Positions 40,324 to 50,735 of a DNA stretch of 64,000 nt are shown here, piece after piece. The notes below the pieces were generated by a model. That model had not been told where the DNA came from. It was given only the letters and a program-made list of their open reading frames with translations, and made no database searches. A program made the position numbers and the translations under genes. The first letter of the stretch is position 1. Each line of letters opens with the position of its first letter. This DNA is from a bacterium (GTDB lineage Bacteria; UBA10199; 2-02-FULL-44-16; JAAZCA01): contig CAXXGI010000002.1 of the NCBI GenBank assembly GCA_963674695.2, positions 416,001 to 480,000 of the forward strand, read 5' to 3'.

Positions 40324-42765
40324 TCAAAACATGGCGCAGATGGGGTACGATGAGTCAATCGCACAGCCGTCCGCGATGCATTGCATGCATGCGCCAAAGA
40401 ATGGATTTCCGGTGTCATCAGGACCCTGAAGTGTTCCACAATACTCGTCGCTATTACACTCCGGCGGTATTTCATCGCCACCACCACCATCATCGTCATC
40501 ATCATCGCCACCGCCGCCGACACTGTTCGGGTCGTAATAGACCTTGGTGCACGATACAGGGTTTTCTCCTGATTCGGCGTCAGCCGGGATGGGACCGAAC
40601 CCGCAGTGGATGGCCATGCAGCCTGCTTCTCCCAACTCGCTGAAGCCGTTATAGTTCAGGCAGTACTTTTCATCGACCCAGCAGCCCAGCTGCGGTCCGC
40701 TCCAGCTTCCGGTCAGCGGCCAGTTGCTCAGATGGTAATAGGTATCCGCAACGGTTTGGTGATTGTCGCCGTCAAAGGTGAGGTCGAAGAGGTCTTCTCG
40801 CGTGTCACGATCGATGAACATGGGAGTGAGGTCAACGCCATCACCGTTGTACTTGGCGAGATTGAAGCGGCACTCCGAGTCGAGGCTCATCGCCAGCGTT
40901 CCGTCGGGGAGGATGTTGAGCGCATTGAGTCCAGCGATGTAGGTTGCGACTGCGGCTTCATCACCTTCAATGCCCGAGCAATCATCTTCAACCCAGTCAT
41001 AGCTGGCTCCGCCTTCATCCCGAGGGGCGGCGTCCCATAGGGTTTGTGAGCGTACGCTACAAGCGCCTCCTCCATCGTCATCATCGCCCTGCTGATCATC
41101 ATCATCATCACCCTGCTGATCATCATCATCATCGTCACCATCACCGTTATCGCCGCCCATCAGCGCCATCGGGTCGCCATCGGCGGCGAGGCGGACGATT
41201 CGCGTCATGCGGGAATCGATCATGACCGGTCCGTATGCAGGGAGCATGCAGGGCAGGCTCTCATCCATGCTGCCCAGGATATTGATGCCAAGGGCCTCGC
41301 CACAGACGGAGAGGCAGTCGATCCATTCCACCGTATCCTCCAGATCGACAGCACCCTGGGTCAGGTCTTGTCCATTCAGGATTCCACCGATGAAGTCGGC
41401 GGCGCCACCGCCGGCATCTTTGAACTTGGGCGAGGCGCTCGGGTTCACGGCTACGTTGGCCAGCTCGATGAGCGAGTGGCCGGGGATATCTCCGGCCATC
41501 ATGATCAGCATAAAGTCGCTCATGCCGTTGGGCATCGTGGTGATCGAGCAGGTGGCCGCTTGGCTCATCGCGGCGAGGGTGGCGGTATCAAGGCTCTCGC
41601 TCTGCAGGTCCACGCCCAGCGTCATGACGCCGAAGCCAAAGGCCTTCATGTGATCGCGGCAGACCTGCCAGCCGTCGGCCGAGGCGATGCCGCTCGGGCG
41701 CATCGTTGCTGAGACGCAGGCGGAGGTGATGGCACCGCCGCTCATCGCGTTGAGGACGAACTGACTGATCTGCGCGCCGCCCTCTTGGGCCAGCATCGCG
41801 GCATAGACCTCGTCGTAGCTGTCGCCCATGGCCCCCAGGTCGCGCAGGTAGTCGGTCAGGGCAAAGGCACCGAACATGAGCTGGGCGCGATTGGTGACGC
41901 CTTCCATCGCCATCATGGTGCCGAACATGCTGGACTGAATCGCTTCCGGTTCGAGGCTCAACACCGCGAAGAGCAGGTCATCGTCGGCGAGCGCCGCGGC
42001 GTTTTCGGTGATGACCAGCAGATACGGAACGATCGGCGTGATGTATCCATCGATGGCGGCGGAAAGGCCGTCGCCGAAGTTTTCCACGAAGGCCACGCGC
42101 CAGGCATAGATCTGAGCCAGCGCGGTATCGGTCGCTTCCGTCGCAGCGGAGAGATCGGCGTTGCCCATCGCCAGCGCGGCGGTGAAGCGATCGACGATCG
42201 CGGCGACGTTTGCGCCCATGGCCTTGCCCGTGTTTTCGCTCATGTTGGCGATGCTGGCCTGAACCGATTCATTCTGGAATGCCCAGTAGGCGAGCGTGGA
42301 GTCCATGTCGAAGCTGCCCGCATCGAAGGAGGCGCCATCGGGCATCGTGAAGGTGACTGCTCCCTGAATCAGGGGTTCGGTACCGCCTTCGGGCATGACC
42401 GTGAGGACCAGTTCGCTGCCGTCGGCCGGGATTTCACCCAGTTCATAGAAGGGGCAGTCCAGGATGCTGCTGAGGACCGTGCAGCTGACGACGGTTTCGC
42501 CGTTCAGCGCGAGGGTGGCGTCGTAGCTGACGCCGCTGATGTCGGCCACGGCCGAGGCATCGGCGCCCAGGACGGAACCCGCCGTTGGCGTGATGACGCT
42601 GCCGCTGATCGTCAGGATCGGGACCGGAGCGGAATCATCTCCCCCTCCTCCCCAGCCCTCGGGCGGATTCACGCCGGAGGAGCAGCCGAGCCAGAAGAGC
42701 ACGACGGTTGTGACCATGATGGCTATCGTCGAGAAGTAACGATACGTCAGTCTGTTGTTCCTCAT
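40324..42765 (-). CDS. Large Cys-rich acidic lipoprotein (paralog 2)
   Basis: Lipobox FWLGC; same layout as 37258..40251; GDDDDD linkers. Confidence 0.8.
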   Translation of the reverse strand: MRNNRLTYRYFSTIAIMVTTVVLFWLGCSSGVNPPEGWGGGGDDSAPVPILTISGSVITPTAGSVLGADASAVADISGVSYDATLALNGETVVSCTVLSSILDCPFYELGEIPADGSELVLTVMPEGGTEPLIQGAVTFTMPDGASFDAGSFDMDSTLAYWAFQNESVQASIANMSENTGKAMGANVAAIVDRFTAALAMGNADLSAATEATDTALAQIYAWRVAFVENFGDGLSAAIDGYITPIVPYLLVITENAAALADDDLLFAVLSLEPEAIQSSMFGTMMAMEGVTNRAQLMFGAFALTDYLRDLGAMGDSYDEVYAAMLAQEGGAQISQFVLNAMSGGAITSACVSATMRPSGIASADGWQVCRDHMKAFGFGVMTLGVDLQSESLDTATLAAMSQAATCSITTMPNGMSDFMLIMMAGDIPGHSLIELANVAVNPSASPKFKDAGGGAADFIGGILNGQDLTQGAVDLEDTVEWIDCLSVCGEALGINILGSMDESLPCMLPAYGPVMIDSRMTRIVRLAADGDPMALMGGDNGDGDDDDDDQQGDDDDDQQGDDDDGGGACSVRSQTLWDAAPRDEGGASYDWVEDDCSGIEGDEAAVATYIAGLNALNILPDGTLAMSLDSECRFNLAKYNGDGVDLTPMFIDRDTREDLFDLTFDGDNHQTVADTYYHLSNWPLTGSWSGPQLGCWVDEKYCLNYNGFSELGEAGCMAIHCGFGPIPADAESGENPVSCTKVYYDPNSVGGGGDDDDDDGGGGDEIPPECNSDEYCGTLQGPDDTGNPFFGACMQCIADGCAIDSSYPICAMF

Positions 42766-42815
42766 AAGACCACCCCCGAAGATGGAGTCAGACACCTCTG
42801 TTCAACTCCTATGAG

Positions 42816-42831
42816 AGCAAGTTGCGTGCCA
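42816..42831 (-). promoter_or_regulatory. Sigma54 -24/-12 promoter
   Basis: Minus strand TGGCAC-GCAAC-TTGCT, exact consensus, ~50 nt upstream of the ATG at 42765. Confidence 0.8.
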
Positions 42832-42967
42832 AAGATGGGGGCTTCAATGTGAGAACTATCTATTTGAAATTATAGCGATATTTCGATTTGCGGGTTTTTT
42901 GGCGGGGGGGCGAAATGTCGGGAAATACCCAGGAGTGTCAACGAACTGACATCGTATTGAAATTCTG

Positions 42968-43900
42968 TCAATTTCCAAATCCGAAGAGCTCCGGGTGGAT
43001 GACGATGCCGCCGTTGGCAAACCAGCTCATCTTCTGCTGTGAAGAAAATGAATTGTTGGCGCGATCGCGAAAACGGTATTTTCGAAAGGGATTCACGCCA
43101 CCCCAGAGTTCGATATCGAGTCCCTTGATCGGTGTAAATCCCACGCCCGCGCCGGTGCGGATCTCCATCATTTCGAGGAAGTGATTCGGGATGCCGCCGC
43201 CCCCCTTCACATCCCACTGAAAGCCCTCGAATTCGCCTTTGAGGAAGAGACGGCAGAAGGAGGCGACGCGAAAGTTCATGCGCAGGTATTGCGGCAGGAT
43301 CGTCTCCAATTCGAAGAAGGAGGCGGCTCCCTTCGGGCGCACGACGAATCCGACGAGCGGCACCGGGAAGTAGATCCAGAACTGTTTCGAGACGAAGACG
43401 CCGAAGATGAGCGAGGCGGAATCGGAAAACGCCCACGCCGCGGTGGCCTGCCCCAGCCACTGCAGATCGTGCGAGCCGATATCCTTGAGATCCGATGAGA
43501 GCGTCGGCCAAAAACCGGCCGAGAAGAACCAGTTGTCCGAGAGAAAGGCCAGCGCGTCGAGCTGCAGGTTGATGAAGTAGGCGTTGCGCGAGTTGTTCGG
43601 AATGTAGTTGGTGACGTTATTGAGGATGAAGTGGTGCAGATTGAACTTGAGCCCCGGCGTGAAGTAGACGCGCTCCGTGATCGGGATGGGGATGTGCCCG
43701 CCGGCGTCGATCTCGTGGTAGCTGATCTTCTCCGTCGGCGAGTTCTTCAGCGCCGTGCTGGAGTCGTAGGTGTAGTTCACATGCGCCAGCCCCCGAAGCT
43801 CGGGCAGCAGTCCTCCGATGCGATCCTTGGCGTGGACCGGTGCCGCGGTGGCGATGAGTGCAAGAAGCGCGATGGTGGCCGAGGAGACGAGACGTTTCAT
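42968..43900 (-). CDS. Putative outer-membrane beta-barrel protein (DUF6268-like)
   Basis: Signal peptide; PTLSSD...FPVPLVGF...ILPQYL pattern; amphipathic aromatic strands. Confidence 0.7.
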   Translation of the reverse strand: MKRLVSSATIALLALIATAAPVHAKDRIGGLLPELRGLAHVNYTYDSSTALKNSPTEKISYHEIDAGGHIPIPITERVYFTPGLKFNLHHFILNNVTNYIPNNSRNAYFINLQLDALAFLSDNWFFSAGFWPTLSSDLKDIGSHDLQWLGQATAAWAFSDSASLIFGVFVSKQFWIYFPVPLVGFVVRPKGAASFFELETILPQYLRMNFRVASFCRLFLKGEFEGFQWDVKGGGGIPNHFLEMMEIRTGAGVGFTPIKGLDIELWGGVNPFRKYRFRDRANNSFSSQQKMSWFANGGIVIHPELFGFGN

Positions 43901-44076
43901 AGAATCCCCCATGTTTGATGATAGCCGCAGCCATACCAGCGCTTCCTGTCCTTTGCAATGCACCACCCGATACAAGAAAAAGAAAAATGATTCTCATCTG
44001 TTCCGTCAGTGGGTATAATGCGGCGATTGTGTCTGATATTTGACTCTTTTTTGAAGAGGGAATGTCCCTTGATTGC

Positions 44077-44092
44077 GGCATCGATCGTGCCA
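44077..44092 (-). promoter_or_regulatory. Possible sigma54 promoter
   Basis: Minus strand TGGCAC-GATCG-ATGCC; spacing is correct but the -12 element is imperfect. Confidence 0.4.
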
Positions 44093-44311
44093 ACACAAGG
44101 GGGTTGCGGAGAGAGGATGCTCCGATCGTGGAGCAGGGACTTGTATCAGATGTATCAATATATTTATACTAGGGCATCGAGTGAAAAAGAGGCGAAGGGG
44201 CTGGATTGCACGACCGAACGCGCGCAAGCGTCATCATCAGGAGAGGCGCGATAGTGCGAGGGAAGACGTTGCTGTCGGCAATGATTCGGCCCGGAAAAAA
44301 GGGGAGCACAT

Positions 44312-45673
44312 ATGCGAAATATTCTGGGGGTGGGAGCAATTATTTTATGTCTGTTTTTTCTGGCCGCTTGTGGCGGGTCCAGCGCTGACGGAGGCTTGAG
44401 TGGTCCGACGATATCCACGATCGACGCGTTGCCGCGCGCGACGAGTCCCATGGTCACGAGCGCTTCCGCTTCGGTCGCTCGGAGTGTCGAAAAGGCGGCG
44501 GCGACGGGTATGAATCTCTGGACGACCGACGAGAGTTTTTTCGATACCAACAGTAGCATGTCTTCCTGTGAGGCGCTCAACACCGCGCGCGAATCGTTCG
44601 GGTCGGCGATGCAGGCCGATATGATCCTCTGCTATGTCCAGCAGATGAGCAGCGCCTTCACCGATCTGACCGACGCCGCGGGCGATCCGGTCAACGTCTA
44701 TGACGGGGCGTGGCACGTCATGAACCTCAACATCGCCGAGTGCACGACCGATGCCGACTGCAGCGGCGACGAATATCCCGAGGGGGCAACGTGCAACACG
44801 ACCACCGCGCGCTGTGAGGTGGACGGCGTCGATGTGGGACATACGCCCAATCGCATCAAGATGAAGATCGTCAAGAACGCGGCTGGTTCCATTACCGATT
44901 TTACCATGTACATGTGCAAGTATGACGATGGCGTATTGACCCAGAACGAATATACCAACCAGACGATCAGCGGTGCGAGTTTTGCGATGCGTGCGCTTGG
45001 ATTTCACTCCGAGGGAAACGGCGGTGTCGGCGCGCACCTGGTGGATGTCGACGGCACGCTCAACTCGAGTGGCGCGTTCGTGTCGCGCGAGATCGTCAAT
45101 CGCGGTATGTGGAGCCAGGACGATCACTTGAGCTGGCAGAATGGAACGCTCACGCAGGTGGAAGCGGGTTTGTACACCTATGAGGGGTATAACTACGGCA
45201 GCTACACCGACCCGAACGCGCAGACGGGCATCTATTCGAATTCGCTCTTTGCGGCAGCCCAGATCCTGGGCGACACCAGCAGCGATGTTTCGGCACTCGC
45301 ACTCGGCGACGGTGCGGTGCTCTTCGAGTACTCCGGAACATATGATGGGCAGAGTTGGGGGCCGGAGTCGGGCGAGGAGGCCTGGACCGGCGATAACGGC
45401 GAGCCCGTCGATCCCGCGAGTTCCAGCGACTACTATGCGACGGCCGCCGACGGAACGATTCCGGTCGTAGTCACCGATGCGACCTTCGATACGTTTATTG
45501 TCTTTGGTGCGAATGAAACCTGGGACTGCACTGACGACGTGAGCGTGGGGATCGTCGACATGCCGCAGTTTCAGGAGGCGACGATCAACGCGGCCTGTTC
45601 CGAATACGTGCAGAGCCACGATTGGATCAACTGCTGGGAGACCATCCAACAGCCGCTGGAACCGGTCGAGTAA
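44312..45673 (+). CDS. Hypothetical Cys-containing lipoprotein
   Basis: RBS GGGGAG; lipobox LAAC; acidic, beta-rich mature region. Confidence 0.8.
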   Translation: MRNILGVGAIILCLFFLAACGGSSADGGLSGPTISTIDALPRATSPMVTSASASVARSVEKAAATGMNLWTTDESFFDTNSSMSSCEALNTARESFGSAMQADMILCYVQQMSSAFTDLTDAAGDPVNVYDGAWHVMNLNIAECTTDADCSGDEYPEGATCNTTTARCEVDGVDVGHTPNRIKMKIVKNAAGSITDFTMYMCKYDDGVLTQNEYTNQTISGASFAMRALGFHSEGNGGVGAHLVDVDGTLNSSGAFVSREIVNRGMWSQDDHLSWQNGTLTQVEAGLYTYEGYNYGSYTDPNAQTGIYSNSLFAAAQILGDTSSDVSALALGDGAVLFEYSGTYDGQSWGPESGEEAWTGDNGEPVDPASSSDYYATAADGTIPVVVTDATFDTFIVFGANETWDCTDDVSVGIVDMPQFQEATINAACSEYVQSHDWINCWETIQQPLEPVE

Positions 45674-45690
45674 GCGTCGTTCGTTTTGGT

Positions 45691-45764
45691 GTCATTCCCG
45701 CAGGGTGTAAGCGGGAATCCCGATTGTCACGATACATCGAGATCCTCGCGTTCGCGGGGATGAC
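45691..45764. repeat. REP/MITE-like element, family A variant
   Basis: GTCATTCCCGC...GCGGGAATC...GCGGGGATGAC; a further half-unit at 45848-45871. Confidence 0.75.
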
Positions 45765-45780
45765 ACATCGCGTGGTTTTC

Positions 45781-45816
45781 AAAACCCCCCGGTCGCTATT
45801 GCGGCCGGGGGGTTTT
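45781..45816. terminator. Bidirectional intrinsic terminator
   Basis: AAAACCCCCCGGTCGC-TATT-GCGGCCGGGGGGTTTT. Confidence 0.85.
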
Positions 45817-45901
45817 AAACGGTGTCACATTCATGAAGCCGAAGGGTGTCATTCCCGCGCAGGCGGGAATCTCGATTGTCACACGAATTACGTGTCACGA
45901 G

Positions 45902-47188
45902 TTACGGCTTCTCTATCTCCATATTCACCCGCCGATTCTTCGCGCGTCCCCACGGGGTTTTTCCGGAGTCTGCCGGCTGCGAGCTGCCCACGCCGACCGC
46001 CTCCATGCGGTCATCGGCGATACCGTGCAGGTTGATATACCACTTCACTTTCTCGGCGCGCTCCTGGGAGAGGCGTTCATTCTCACGCCGCTTGCCGGTC
46101 GCATCGGTGTGGCCGATGACGCGGATCTTCGTGTCGGGATGCGCAGTCAGGGCGTCGGCCACGACGCCGAGCTCCTGCGCGTCTTTGACGTCGGTGATCG
46201 CCGCGCTGTCGGTAGCGAAGTGCACGACGGTCGCCGGGATGATATCGAGCGAGAGCGCATCGGTTGGAAAATGTTTCGGCCGACGGCGCGGCGAGTAGGA
46301 GATCCCTGCGAGCACGCGAAACCTCGGCGAGCCGGAGCTGCGGATGATCCCCAAGCCGCCGCCGACGCTGGCGAGCAGTCCCGTGTTGCCGATCTCCCAG
46401 CGCAGACCCGCGCGCGCCTCAGTTGGGGTCTCCACCTTGCGCGAAAAAGGAGAGCGCAGTCGCGGTTCGGTGTTGATCTCAGCGGTGACCGAGAGCCCCT
46501 TCCAGACGCGCACGGCCGTGCCCAGGTCGAGCAAGATCTGACCGTCCTTGCGGATGTCGTTCATGAAGGTATAGCTCTGGCGCAGAAAGACACCCGCGTT
46601 GAGCGCGATCGACCAGCGCTCGAAGGGCTTTCCTTCCAGAATGACCTTTCCACCGCCGGCGAACGTGCCGTTGCCAAAGAAGTAGCGGCCGTATCCGGTG
46701 GGGATCGAGGCGAATGGCAGCACGGCGATGCCGAGGTATTTCGAGCGAAAGAGTTCTGACTTGAGATAGACGCGAATGTCCTCGACCACCATCTCGTTCT
46801 GCCGCGGCGAGCCCGCGACGTTCGGATTCTGGTAGGTGGTAAACCACCCCATCGGGATATCCACGCCCATGGAGAGCCACCGGTCGAGAAAACCGATGCC
46901 GCCGAGGAAGTGCTGCACCACGGTGTAGTCGACGATCCCCTGCACGCGCGTGCTGCCGCGGCTGAGTTGGAAGGGGCGATAGGCGTAGCTCGCCATCGTG
47001 CCGGCCTCCCACTCCCACTGGTCGAGGTTGCGGCTGCCCCAGACGCTGAAGTAGGGCGCGCCATCGGTGTTCGGCCGAAAGGCGTCGACCTCGAATCCCT
47101 TGGTGAGCGCGTGTGTGGTTGCGGAGGACAGGATCAGTCCCAGACAGATGACGACGATGGAGAGGCGAAAGAGACGAGGCATAGACAT
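45902..47188 (-). CDS. OmpA family outer-membrane protein (N-terminal beta-barrel plus peptidoglycan-binding domain)
   Basis: Signal peptide; VHFATDSA; GHTD; NERLSQERA; GRAKNRRV. Confidence 0.9.
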   Translation of the reverse strand: MSMPRLFRLSIVVICLGLILSSATTHALTKGFEVDAFRPNTDGAPYFSVWGSRNLDQWEWEAGTMASYAYRPFQLSRGSTRVQGIVDYTVVQHFLGGIGFLDRWLSMGVDIPMGWFTTYQNPNVAGSPRQNEMVVEDIRVYLKSELFRSKYLGIAVLPFASIPTGYGRYFFGNGTFAGGGKVILEGKPFERWSIALNAGVFLRQSYTFMNDIRKDGQILLDLGTAVRVWKGLSVTAEINTEPRLRSPFSRKVETPTEARAGLRWEIGNTGLLASVGGGLGIIRSSGSPRFRVLAGISYSPRRRPKHFPTDALSLDIIPATVVHFATDSAAITDVKDAQELGVVADALTAHPDTKIRVIGHTDATGKRRENERLSQERAEKVKWYINLHGIADDRMEAVGVGSSQPADSGKTPWGRAKNRRVNMEIEKP

Positions 47189-47203
47189 TCCCCCAAGTTA
47201 CAC

Positions 47204-47317
47204 GGTCCCCCTCCTTTGTAAGCCCGCCAGAGGCGGGCAGGGAGGGGATGGGGGAGGGAGATCGTTTTTTTGAAATCGATCTCCCTCCTCAACTCCCCCT
47301 TACAAAGGGGGAGGACC
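47204..47317. repeat. Palindromic REP/MITE-like element, family B
   Basis: GGTCCCCCTCCTTTGTAAG...CTTACAAAGGGGGAGGACC inverted ends. Confidence 0.8.
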
Positions 47318-47397
47318 AATTTTTTGATACACCGGAATTATTGTAATTTCTCCTGTAAATACAAGAATTTCCATGAACTGTCAACGGTGTGCGCCCC

Positions 47398-47826
47398 TCA
47401 GCCGGATCGGTGATAGGGTTCATTCCGGAGGATCGAGCAGGCGCGGTAGAGCTGTTCGAGCAGGAGAACCTGCGCCAGTTCGTGCGGCAGCGTCATGCGC
47501 GAGAGCGCGAGCATGTCGTTCGCGCGGGTGCGCATCGCGTCGCTCACGCCGTCGGGTCCGCCGATGAAGCAGATGATGCGCTTGATCCCGCGCGCTTGGT
47601 GTTCGGCGATTGTCTGCGCGAGCTCCTCGGAGGTGCATTCGCGCCCGCGTTCATCCAGGACGATGAGGTGGTCGTTGGCTTCGAGGTGTTTGAGCGCGGC
47701 GGCATCGTCGCGCACGGCCTTCGTTTCGAAGGGGAGGTAGTGACCCAGGCGCGCACCATAGTCGGCGGCAAGTGCTGCCATCTCGCGCGACTTCATCTTG
47801 CCGACGGCGATGAGGAGGAGTTTCAT
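47398..47826 (-). CDS. rlmH: 23S rRNA (pseudouridine1915-N3)-methyltransferase
   Basis: LIAVGK; LDERG...SEELA; FIGGPDG; LSRMTLPHE; EQLYRA...PYHR. Confidence 0.96.
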   Translation of the reverse strand: MKLLLIAVGKMKSREMAALAADYGARLGHYLPFETKAVRDDAAALKHLEANDHLIVLDERGRECTSEELAQTIAEHQARGIKRIICFIGGPDGVSDAMRTRANDMLALSRMTLPHELAQVLLLEQLYRACSILRNEPYHRSG

Positions 47827-48488
47827 CGGCTCATCTCCACGATCGCCCCGACGAGTTTTTCGATCCCTTCCCAGACCTCCCCGATCGATCGTGCGTTCAT
47901 ATATGCCGGGGTCGTGACGATGCGGTTTGCGCCATCGATGACACAGTCCGTGGCCTCTGCCTTCTCGATGTGATGCCCCAGCGTTTCGATGTCGGTGCCG
48001 ACCGCATCGTCGGTGCCGGCGGTGAGCGTGGCCTTCACGCCGAGTTGTGCCAGCGCGAGCGCGAGCGTTGCCGGCGCGATGCAGATGGCGCCGATCGGTT
48101 TCTGTGCGTGCAGCATCTGCTCGATCAGTGTTGTGAGGGGTGCATTCACGCTGCCGTTCGTTCCATCGACGAGATAGGTCGAGAGGTTTTTCGCCGCGCC
48201 CTGACCGCCGGGGATGATCAGGGCGTCGAGATCGTCGGCCTTGGCCTCGGACAGTGGTTGAATCTTTCCCCGTGCGATGCGCGCCGACTCGACGAGCATG
48301 TCGCGTTCCTCATCGACGTTTTTGCCCGAGAGGTGATTGCTCGTACACCGTTGTGCGCCCTGCGGCGCGAAGCAGATCGCCTCGGCACCCGCCCGATCGA
48401 TGGCGAGAAGCGTGAGCGTCGCCTCGTGCACCTCAGAGCCGTCCCGATGTCCGCATCCACACAAGACCACGCCGATTCGTTGCTTCAT
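47823..48488 (-). CDS. elbB: ElbB/ES1 family glyoxalase (DJ-1/PfpI)
   Basis: VVLCGCGHRDGSEVHEA; ESARIARG; PGGQGAAKNLS; ICIAP; TTPAYM. Confidence 0.93.
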   Translation of the reverse strand: MKQRIGVVLCGCGHRDGSEVHEATLTLLAIDRAGAEAICFAPQGAQRCTSNHLSGKNVDEERDMLVESARIARGKIQPLSEAKADDLDALIIPGGQGAAKNLSTYLVDGTNGSVNAPLTTLIEQMLHAQKPIGAICIAPATLALALAQLGVKATLTAGTDDAVGTDIETLGHHIEKAEATDCVIDGANRIVTTPAYMNARSIGEVWEGIEKLVGAIVEMSR

Positions 48489-48578
48489 GTTCCCTCCCGA
48501 TGCCAGGTTTTCTAGCCTACGAGTACGGCAAAGACAAGCGCTTGCATGTCGGGTCTGGTTGACATAGAGCTGCAGCCG

Positions 48579-50645
48579 ATGCCCTTCGCCGATATTGCCA
48601 TTCCAAGTCCCATGCGCACGGCCTTTACCTATCTCGTTCCCGAGGGGATGCCCATCGAGGTGGGCATGCGTGCGGTCGTTCCCTTTCACCGACGGACGAT
48701 CGTGGGGGTTTGCCTGAGCGTCTCCGATGTTGCGCCTGAGGGGATCGCGGCGAATCGCTTTAAGCCGCTGCAGGAGGTCCTCGACGAGAAACCGATCTTT
48801 AGCGCGAAGCTCATGGAACTCATGCGATGGATGGCCGCCTACTACGGCCAACCGATCGGCGAGATCGTTCGCGCGGCACTGCCCGCGCGCCTGCTCAAGC
48901 AGGATGGCCCGCGCACGACGCGGCCCACTACACCTCTGGAGGTGATGTCCCTTCCGGACGAGCACTTTACGCTCAACGAGGGTCAGCAGCAGGCGTTCGA
49001 TGACTGCGTTTGCGCGACCGCTTCCGAGCATCCAGGCGCGGTTCTTCTGCACGGCATTACCGGGAGCGGCAAGACCGAGGTCTACCTGCGCCTCTTCGAA
49101 CGCCTGATCGAGGAGAAACGCCAGGGCTTGTTGCTCGTCCCCGAGATCGGGCTCACCTCTCAACTCGTCGGCCGCACAGCCGCGCGCTTCGGCGAGCGCA
49201 TCGCGGTCTATCACTCGGGGCTCACCGATGCGCAGCGCCATGAGCAGTGGCGTCGCATTCGTTCGGGCGAGGTCGATCTGGTCATTGGGACGCGTTCGGC
49301 GCTCTTCGCGCCGCTCGATCGCTTGGGCGCCATCGTCGTGGATGAGGAGCACGACAGTTCCTACAAGCAGGACGAGGGGGTGAACTATCACGGGCGTGAC
49401 GTCGCGGTGATGCGCGCGCATCTCGAGGGGGCACTCGTCGTCATGGGAAGTGCGACGCCGTCGCTCGAGAGTCTGGCCAACGTGCGCAACGGAAAGTATC
49501 GGCTGCATCATCTTCCCGTGCGCACCGGTGTGGCAACCCTTCCCTCCATCGAGATCGTCGACATGCGGCGCGATCGGCGGCGTCGCAAGGAGCATCCCAA
49601 CACCGAAGGGTGGCGTCGGATCGACGAACTTCACTCGCTCTCGCCCGAACTCTACGACGCCGTCGCCCAGACCTTCGATCGTGGCGAGCAGTCGCTCATC
49701 TTCATCGGACGTCGCGGCTTTGCCAGCATGATCCAGTGCGAGGATTGCGGCGAGGTCTTTCACTGCCCCAACTGCGACATCGCGCTGACGGCCCACGATA
49801 TGAATGGTGCCGGGCGGCTTTCCTGCCACTACTGCGACTATACGATTCCGGCGCCGGAGGCGTGTGCGGCCTGTCATTCGTCGAACATCGTTTCCCTCGG
49901 GCGCGGCACCGAACGCGTCGAGGCGGAACTGGCCGATTTTTTCCCCGAGGCGCGGATTGCGCGGCTCGACAGCGACATGGCCGCCAGCGCGAAGCGTCGT
50001 GGGCGCATCATCGATGACATGCGCCGCGGTGCGATCGACATCCTCGTCGGTACGCAGATGGTGACCAAGGGGCACGACTTTCCGGCGGTGACGCTCGTGG
50101 GGGTGATCTCGGCTGATCTCGCCCTGCACCTGCCGGATTTTCGCGCGGCCGAACGCACCTTTCAGCTCGTCACCCAGGTGGCCGGGCGTGCGGGGCGTGC
50201 CGACAAACCGGGGCGCGTGATCGTGCAGACGCACAACCCCGAACACTTTAGTCTTTTGGCCGCACGCGATCACGACGTGGAAGGCTTTGCGAGCGAGGAG
50301 CTCGCGCACCGCATGCTGCTGGGATATCCCCCGATCGTGCGGCTCGCCAATGTGCGTTTCTCCGCCACCGACTCGAAGTTTGCCGGCGATGCGGCCGAAC
50401 GGGTCACCGCCCTGCTGCGCAAGCATTCGGGCGCCCAGGCGGATGCGCAGGGTATCACCGTCCTCGGACCGGCGCCGGCGCCGTTGTCAAGAGTGCGCGG
50501 GCGCTACCGCTTCCACGCGCTCATCAAGGCCCCAACCGCCGTCGTGCTCACACGGTTTTTGGCGCAGGTGCGCCCGGAGATCGAAGCCATCCTTCCTCGT
50601 CGCGTGCGTTTGAGTATCGACGTCGACCCGACCAGCCTGCTCTGA
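48579..50645 (+). CDS. priA: Primosomal protein N' (replication restart helicase)
   Basis: GITGSGKTEVY; DEEHD; two pairs of CxxC zinc motifs; GTQMVTKGHDFP; QVAGRAGR. Confidence 0.97.
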   Translation: MPFADIAIPSPMRTAFTYLVPEGMPIEVGMRAVVPFHRRTIVGVCLSVSDVAPEGIAANRFKPLQEVLDEKPIFSAKLMELMRWMAAYYGQPIGEIVRAALPARLLKQDGPRTTRPTTPLEVMSLPDEHFTLNEGQQQAFDDCVCATASEHPGAVLLHGITGSGKTEVYLRLFERLIEEKRQGLLLVPEIGLTSQLVGRTAARFGERIAVYHSGLTDAQRHEQWRRIRSGEVDLVIGTRSALFAPLDRLGAIVVDEEHDSSYKQDEGVNYHGRDVAVMRAHLEGALVVMGSATPSLESLANVRNGKYRLHHLPVRTGVATLPSIEIVDMRRDRRRRKEHPNTEGWRRIDELHSLSPELYDAVAQTFDRGEQSLIFIGRRGFASMIQCEDCGEVFHCPNCDIALTAHDMNGAGRLSCHYCDYTIPAPEACAACHSSNIVSLGRGTERVEAELADFFPEARIARLDSDMAASAKRRGRIIDDMRRGAIDILVGTQMVTKGHDFPAVTLVGVISADLALHLPDFRAAERTFQLVTQVAGRAGRADKPGRVIVQTHNPEHFSLLAARDHDVEGFASEELAHRMLLGYPPIVRLANVRFSATDSKFAGDAAERVTALLRKHSGAQADAQGITVLGPAPAPLSRVRGRYRFHALIKAPTAVVLTRFLAQVRPEIEAILPRRVRLSIDVDPTSLL

Positions 50646-50735
50646 CGCAAAAAGCGCATATAAATTGAATAGTTATATAGTCTCTCTCCAGAGGGCCGTT
50701 TTTTCTATTTGGCGGCATTTTTTTTCATCTCACAC

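Noticed and set aside
47823-50426. 867-aa minus-strand ORF that looks like a large ElbB fusion
   Set aside because: The upstream part is the antisense shadow of priA; the real elbB start with an RBS is at 48488.
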